DNA of 64,000 nt from a virus, in IMG/VR virus record IMGVR_UViG_3300013099_000017, positions 64,001 to 128,000 of that record; one strand, given 5' to 3'. Under the pieces are notes generated by a model that saw nothing but the letters and a program-made list of their open reading frames with translations, was not told where the DNA came from and ran no database searches. This document shows positions 60,086-64,000 of this stretch, piece after piece. The position numbers were made by a program, and so were the translations under genes. Each line of letters begins with the position of its first letter. Position 1 is the first letter of the stretch.

Positions 60086-61090
60086 ATGGCAGATCCGTAC
60101 ATAGACATGAAGTATATTCGATTGTTATCAACACAATTGAGAAATTACAAGGAAAAGAAAAATAATTTAATTAATTTTTCGTGTCCGATATGTGGTGATT
60201 CTGAAAAAGATAAGCTCAAAGCAAGAGGTTATATCTATGAAAAACAAAACAAATATCAATATAAATGTCATAATTGCAATGTTGGTATGTCTGCTGGAAA
60301 TTTAATTAAAGCTGTTAATCCGGAATTATGGAAAGAATGGAAAGCTGAGAAATTTAAAAGTAAATATAAGCCAAAACCAAAATTCAACAATTCATTATTT
60401 AAGAATAAACCAAAGATACTTGATTATGTATTAGGTATGGAATCTTTAGATAAATTAGATGATGATCATGTTGCTGTTCGTTATGTTAAAAGTAGATTAA
60501 TACCCAAAGAACAATATCATAGAATTTATTACACGGATAATATAAATAAAATTGGTGTTCAATTGGGATATGATGATAAATTTCCTGTTGCTGATATGAT
60601 TGTATTTGAATTTATCAATATGGATGGGAGAACTACACACATTCAAGGTCGATATATTGATCCACAATCAAAAGAATTTAGATTTGTTACATTGGATATG
60701 ATGAAAGATCAACCAAAAATATTTGGTTTAGAAACAATCGATCCAACTAAAAAAGTATATATTGTTGAAGCACCAATTGACAGTTTATTTTTACCAAACT
60801 GTATTGCTTATGCAGGATCAAGCCTAAATACATTTACACCCGAATATGATGATTTTACAATCATTTTGGATCGAGAACCTAAAAATTCAGTAATTGTGAA
60901 AATTATGATGAAATGTATTGAAAAGGGATTCCCCATTGCTATTTTACCAAATGATTTAGACGGTAAAGATATTAATGATTATGTGAAGTGGGGATATGAT
61001 CTCATTCCCTTAAAGGAATTGATTGACAATAATACCTTTCAGGGAATGAAAGCGAAATTAAAAATGACATTATGGAGAAAAGGAATTTGA
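60086..61090 (+). CDS. gp61: DNA primase gp61
   Basis: CPICGDS...CHNC zinc finger; QGR; VEAPIDSLF TOPRIM; D.EP; KDIND. Confidence 0.95.
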   Translation: MADPYIDMKYIRLLSTQLRNYKEKKNNLINFSCPICGDSEKDKLKARGYIYEKQNKYQYKCHNCNVGMSAGNLIKAVNPELWKEWKAEKFKSKYKPKPKFNNSLFKNKPKILDYVLGMESLDKLDDDHVAVRYVKSRLIPKEQYHRIYYTDNINKIGVQLGYDDKFPVADMIVFEFINMDGRTTHIQGRYIDPQSKEFRFVTLDMMKDQPKIFGLETIDPTKKVYIVEAPIDSLFLPNCIAYAGSSLNTFTPEYDDFTIILDREPKNSVIVKIMMKCIEKGFPIAILPNDLDGKDINDYVKWGYDLIPLKELIDNNTFQGMKAKLKMTLWRKGI

Positions 61091-61707
61091 TAGATTTAAA
61101 ATTAACACCATCGACTACTACTAATTCATCTTTATGTGATGTATTTGGTGGAAATATTGAATTAGGAAATTTGATTGCAAGCGTACAATCTATTAAAATA
61201 AAAATAGGTTATGAACTTGAAACTCAAATATGTTCTATTATAAATAAAAATAATGAAATTTATAGGCATCATAAAACAACAATAAACAAAACAACAATAG
61301 AAGCTGATATTATTGATTGTACAAATAAAAGAATAATTGAAATAAAAAATGGTGTAAATTTTGATACAAAAAAAAGTAAAGGGGAACTTAGTTCATTATC
61401 AAAATTATATGATTATTATAATCATTTAGATTATAAATGTTATTTTGTTTCATGGGATGCAATAACATATGATGCAATTATTTCTGGAATGAAGTTAAAA
61501 CGAAACGAACAACCAGAAAATATTGAATTCTTAACAGGACAAATGTTTGCCGATTTATATGAATTTGATTACACTATCCCTCAAAAAAATATACATAATA
61601 AAACACAGGAAAATATACAAATATTTAAGAATTATTTTAATAATATTGATTTTACCAAACAAAAACAAACAAAATCATGTAATTGTGAACCAAGGGTATT
61701 ATTTTGA
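61072..61707 (+). CDS. Putative type II restriction-endonuclease-like protein
   Basis: EAD...IIEIKNG.NFDTKK PD-(D/E)xK pattern; coupled to a methyltransferase. Confidence 0.5.
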   Translation: MEKRNLIDLKLTPSTTTNSSLCDVFGGNIELGNLIASVQSIKIKIGYELETQICSIINKNNEIYRHHKTTINKTTIEADIIDCTNKRIIEIKNGVNFDTKKSKGELSSLSKLYDYYNHLDYKCYFVSWDAITYDAIISGMKLKRNEQPENIEFLTGQMFADLYEFDYTIPQKNIHNKTQENIQIFKNYFNNIDFTKQKQTKSCNCEPRVLF

Positions 61708-62393
61708 AAAATTCAATTAAAAATATTGATGCTACTATAGGATTAAAAAATATACCAAGTTCTTCTGTGGATTTAATTGTTACTGATCCACCATATCCGG
61801 TCATATCTGGTGGTCCAGGGGATAAAACATCCCCACAAGGGGTAATAAAAAGTAATGATGGTAAAATATTTAAACATAATGATATACATATCAAAGAATG
61901 GATATATGAATGTTATAGAGTATTAAAACCAAATACACATATATATATTATGGTGAATTTTTTAAATTTGTCGGAATATTTAATAGAAATACAAAAAGCA
62001 AAATTTAAATTACATAATTTACTTGTATGGAAAAAGAACAATGTCACACCAAATCGTTGGTACATGAAAAATGCAGAATACACTATATTTGCATATAAAG
62101 GTTCAGCTAAAAGAATTAATAATGTTGGTCAAAGTAATACAGTACATGAAATAAAAAATATTACTGGCAATAAAGTACATCCTACTGAAAAACCAATAGA
62201 ATTAATGGATTTATATATTAATAATTCATCAAATAAAAATGATTTAGTTTTAGATCCGTTTATGGGGTCGGGTAGTGTTGCACTTTCATGTATTAACAAT
62301 AAAAGGAATTATATTGGGTTTGAAATAGATAAAGATTATTACAATATAATTAATAATAGAATAAAAAATAATATAAACACTAAACTATTTTAA
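61704..62393 (+). CDS. N4-cytosine/N6-adenine DNA methyltransferase (beta class)
   Basis: VTDPPY; HPTEKP; LDPFMGSGS. Confidence 0.92.
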   Translation: MKNSIKNIDATIGLKNIPSSSVDLIVTDPPYPVISGGPGDKTSPQGVIKSNDGKIFKHNDIHIKEWIYECYRVLKPNTHIYIMVNFLNLSEYLIEIQKAKFKLHNLLVWKKNNVTPNRWYMKNAEYTIFAYKGSAKRINNVGQSNTVHEIKNITGNKVHPTEKPIELMDLYINNSSNKNDLVLDPFMGSGSVALSCINNKRNYIGFEIDKDYYNIINNRIKNNINTKLF

Positions 62394-62404
62394 GAAAATA
62401 TATT

Positions 62405-64000
62405 ATGACAGATGAAACATTTAGATTAATGCATGAAGCAGAAATATTACACAAAAGGATTAAAGAGTTAATGGAAAACACAAAATTTCAGGATGAATTC
62501 AGTAAAGAAATATGGCAAAGTACATATAAAGATCACAGTGATGAAAACGTTGATGATACATTTAGACGGGTAGCAACATATGTAGCAAGCGTTGAACCAT
62601 CATTTGAATTACAATTAGAATGGCAACAAAAGTTTTATGATGCTTTAACTGATTTCAAAATCACGGCTGGTGGAAGAATTTATTCAAATGCAGGTACAGA
62701 GTGGGCTAAAAAGGGGACAGGTTTATTAAATTGTTATGTTGCTCCAAGAAAAAATAAAGATATTGATAGTCTTAATAATATCTTAGATACGGTTAAAGAT
62801 CAAAGCAATACATTAAAATCCGAAGGGGGTTGGGGAGAAAATTTCTCTTATATTAGACCAAGGGGAGGTTTTATTCATGGTGTTGGTGTAGAAACTCCAG
62901 GAGCAGTTAAATATATGGAAATATTTGACAAAACTTCTGATGTTATTACAAGTGGTTCAGGTCGTAAATCAAAAAATAAAAAAGCTAAAGGTAAAATCCG
63001 TAAAGGTGCAATGATGGGTGTATTAGATTGCTTATCAGGAAATACATTAATTGATACAATAGATGGTAAAATTGCTATTAAAGATTTAGTTGGAAAAAAT
63101 CCATATCTATATTGTACTGATGGTAATGGTAATATATTTGTTAGACAGGCACAATTAGTATGGTCAAAAGGTATTAGAAAAACAATTAAAATAACTATGG
63201 ATGGTCATGAAACATTAGAATGTACACCAGAACATGAAATAATGCTATCAAATGGTTCTTATAAAATGGCAAAAGATTTAACAACTGGTGATAGTTTATC
63301 AGTATTAAATCGAAAAATGTATAATAAACAATATATATATTTAGGTGTATCAGGAAATAGAATTAAAATAGCAGAACATCATGCTACTTATGAAATGAAA
63401 TATGGTGAATATCCTACATGTACAGGTAAAAAAAGAAAAGGTTGGATGACATTAGCACATCATAAAGATGAATGTAAATGGAATAATCATCCTGATAATA
63501 TTGAAAAAATGACATTATCAGATCATGCTAAATTACACGACAACATTTTAAGAGAAAATCAAAAAAGAATTTCTAAAGAAAGAAAGGGGAAAAGTTGGGA
63601 TGAATATTATGGTAAAGAACTAGCAGATCGTATTAAAAAATCATCAAATTTCAATCATAAAGTAGTTAAAATTGAAACGCATATTGAACAAGAAGTGTTT
63701 GATATTGCTATGCCAGAGTATCATAATTTTGTAGCAAATGGGGTATTTGTACATAACTGTTGGCATCCAGATATTTTTGAATTTATTACAGCAAAACAAA
63801 ATGCAGGAAGATTGACCAAATTTAATATGTCAGTAAATTGTACAAATGAATTTATGGCAAGAGTAATTGAAATTGAAGATAATGGTTGTGATGAATTTGA
63901 TACAATTGATATTTGGGATCTTAAATTTCCGGATACCACTTATTCAAAATATAGTGATGAATGGGATGGTGATTTAGAATTATGGGAATCTAAGGGATAT
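62405..64000 (+). CDS. nrdJ: Ribonucleotide reductase, class II (NrdJ)-type, with intein; truncated by the window end (alternative start 62471)
   Basis: Manually translated open frame: GGRIYSNAG, LLNCYV, EGGWG.NFS.IRP, RKGAMMGVLD|CWHPDI.EFI.AK..GRL.KFNMSV; no ATP cone seen. Confidence 0.8.
   Translation, partial: MTDETFRLMHEAEILHKRIKELMENTKFQDEFSKEIWQSTYKDHSDENVDDTFRRVATYVASVEPSFELQLEWQQKFYDALTDFKITAGGRIYSNAGTEWAKKGTGLLNCYVAPRKNKDIDSLNNILDTVKDQSNTLKSEGGWGENFSYIRPRGGFIHGVGVETPGAVKYMEIFDKTSDVITSGSGRKSKNKKAKGKIRKGAMMGVLDCLSGNTLIDTIDGKIAIKDLVGKNPYLYCTDGNGNIFVRQAQLVWSKGIRKTIKITMDGHETLECTPEHEIMLSNGSYKMAKDLTTGDSLSVLNRKMYNKQYIYLGVSGNRIKIAEHHATYEMKYGEYPTCTGKKRKGWMTLAHHKDECKWNNHPDNIEKMTLSDHAKLHDNILRENQKRISKERKGKSWDEYYGKELADRIKKSSNFNHKVVKIETHIEQEVFDIAMPEYHNFVANGVFVHNCWHPDIFEFITAKQNAGRLTKFNMSVNCTNEFMARVIEIEDNGCDEFDTIDIWDLKFPDTTYSKYSDEWDGDLELWESKGY
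63029..63757 (+). mobile_element. 243-aa intein carrying an HNH endonuclease domain
   Basis: Starts CLSGNT; block B CTPEH; HHKDECKWNNHPDNI...H; ends FVHN before Cys. Confidence 0.88.

Larger units (their letters stand above)
1..64000 (+). other. Segment of a large T4-like (myovirus) phage genome
   Basis: Dense co-oriented genes with ATGA/TAATG overlaps; rnh, gp33, ligase, gp41, gp61 and RNA ligase homologs; TATAAATA late promoters; no integrase or host housekeeping genes. Confidence 0.95.

Noticed and set aside
2178-63939. Minus-strand ORFs in the track other than the HNH gene
   Set aside because: They lie antisense to well-supported + strand genes, lack RBSs and motifs, and are expected shadows in AT-rich DNA
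1-64000. tRNA or rRNA genes
   Set aside because: No cloverleaf or GTTCRANYC T-arm pattern in a suitable gap was seen by eye; tRNAscan was not run

Overview
A very AT-rich 64-kb segment of a large T4-like myovirus genome. Nearly all genes are on the + strand. T4 hallmark genes include RNase H, a DexA-like exonuclease, gp33, DNA ligase, RNA ligases 1 and 2, an intein-split gp41 helicase, gp61 primase, TATAAATA late promoters, and an intein-split class II-type ribonucleotide reductase that runs off the window end. Bases ~0.7-45 kb are an accessory region of small ORFs organised by 17 promoter cassettes in two classes. Fourteen carry an ATAYCY-N6-RGRTAT palindrome at a nearly fixed distance from the -10 box. 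Three carry an identical TTGATCTAGATCAA site that matches the FNR consensus; two of these sit at the class II position -41.5. Both classes share a conserved 5' hairpin/RBS leader. Bases 50.5-58.5 kb hold 18 tandem genes, 16 of them with an N-terminus like the T4 internal-protein capsid-targeting sequence; they include two ParB-like paralogs and a pyrophosphatase fusion. Also present are a C5 DNA methyltransferase coupled to a CmoA-like enzyme, two amino-methyltransferases (one paired with a restriction-like nuclease), QueC, a GGQ ribosome-rescue factor, a J-domain protein, CYTH, Nudix and phosphoesterase enzymes, and an origin-like non-coding region. No tRNA, rRNA or CRISPR array was seen. All calls come from reading motifs by eye; no database searches were run, and coordinates of regulatory sites may be off by 1 nt.
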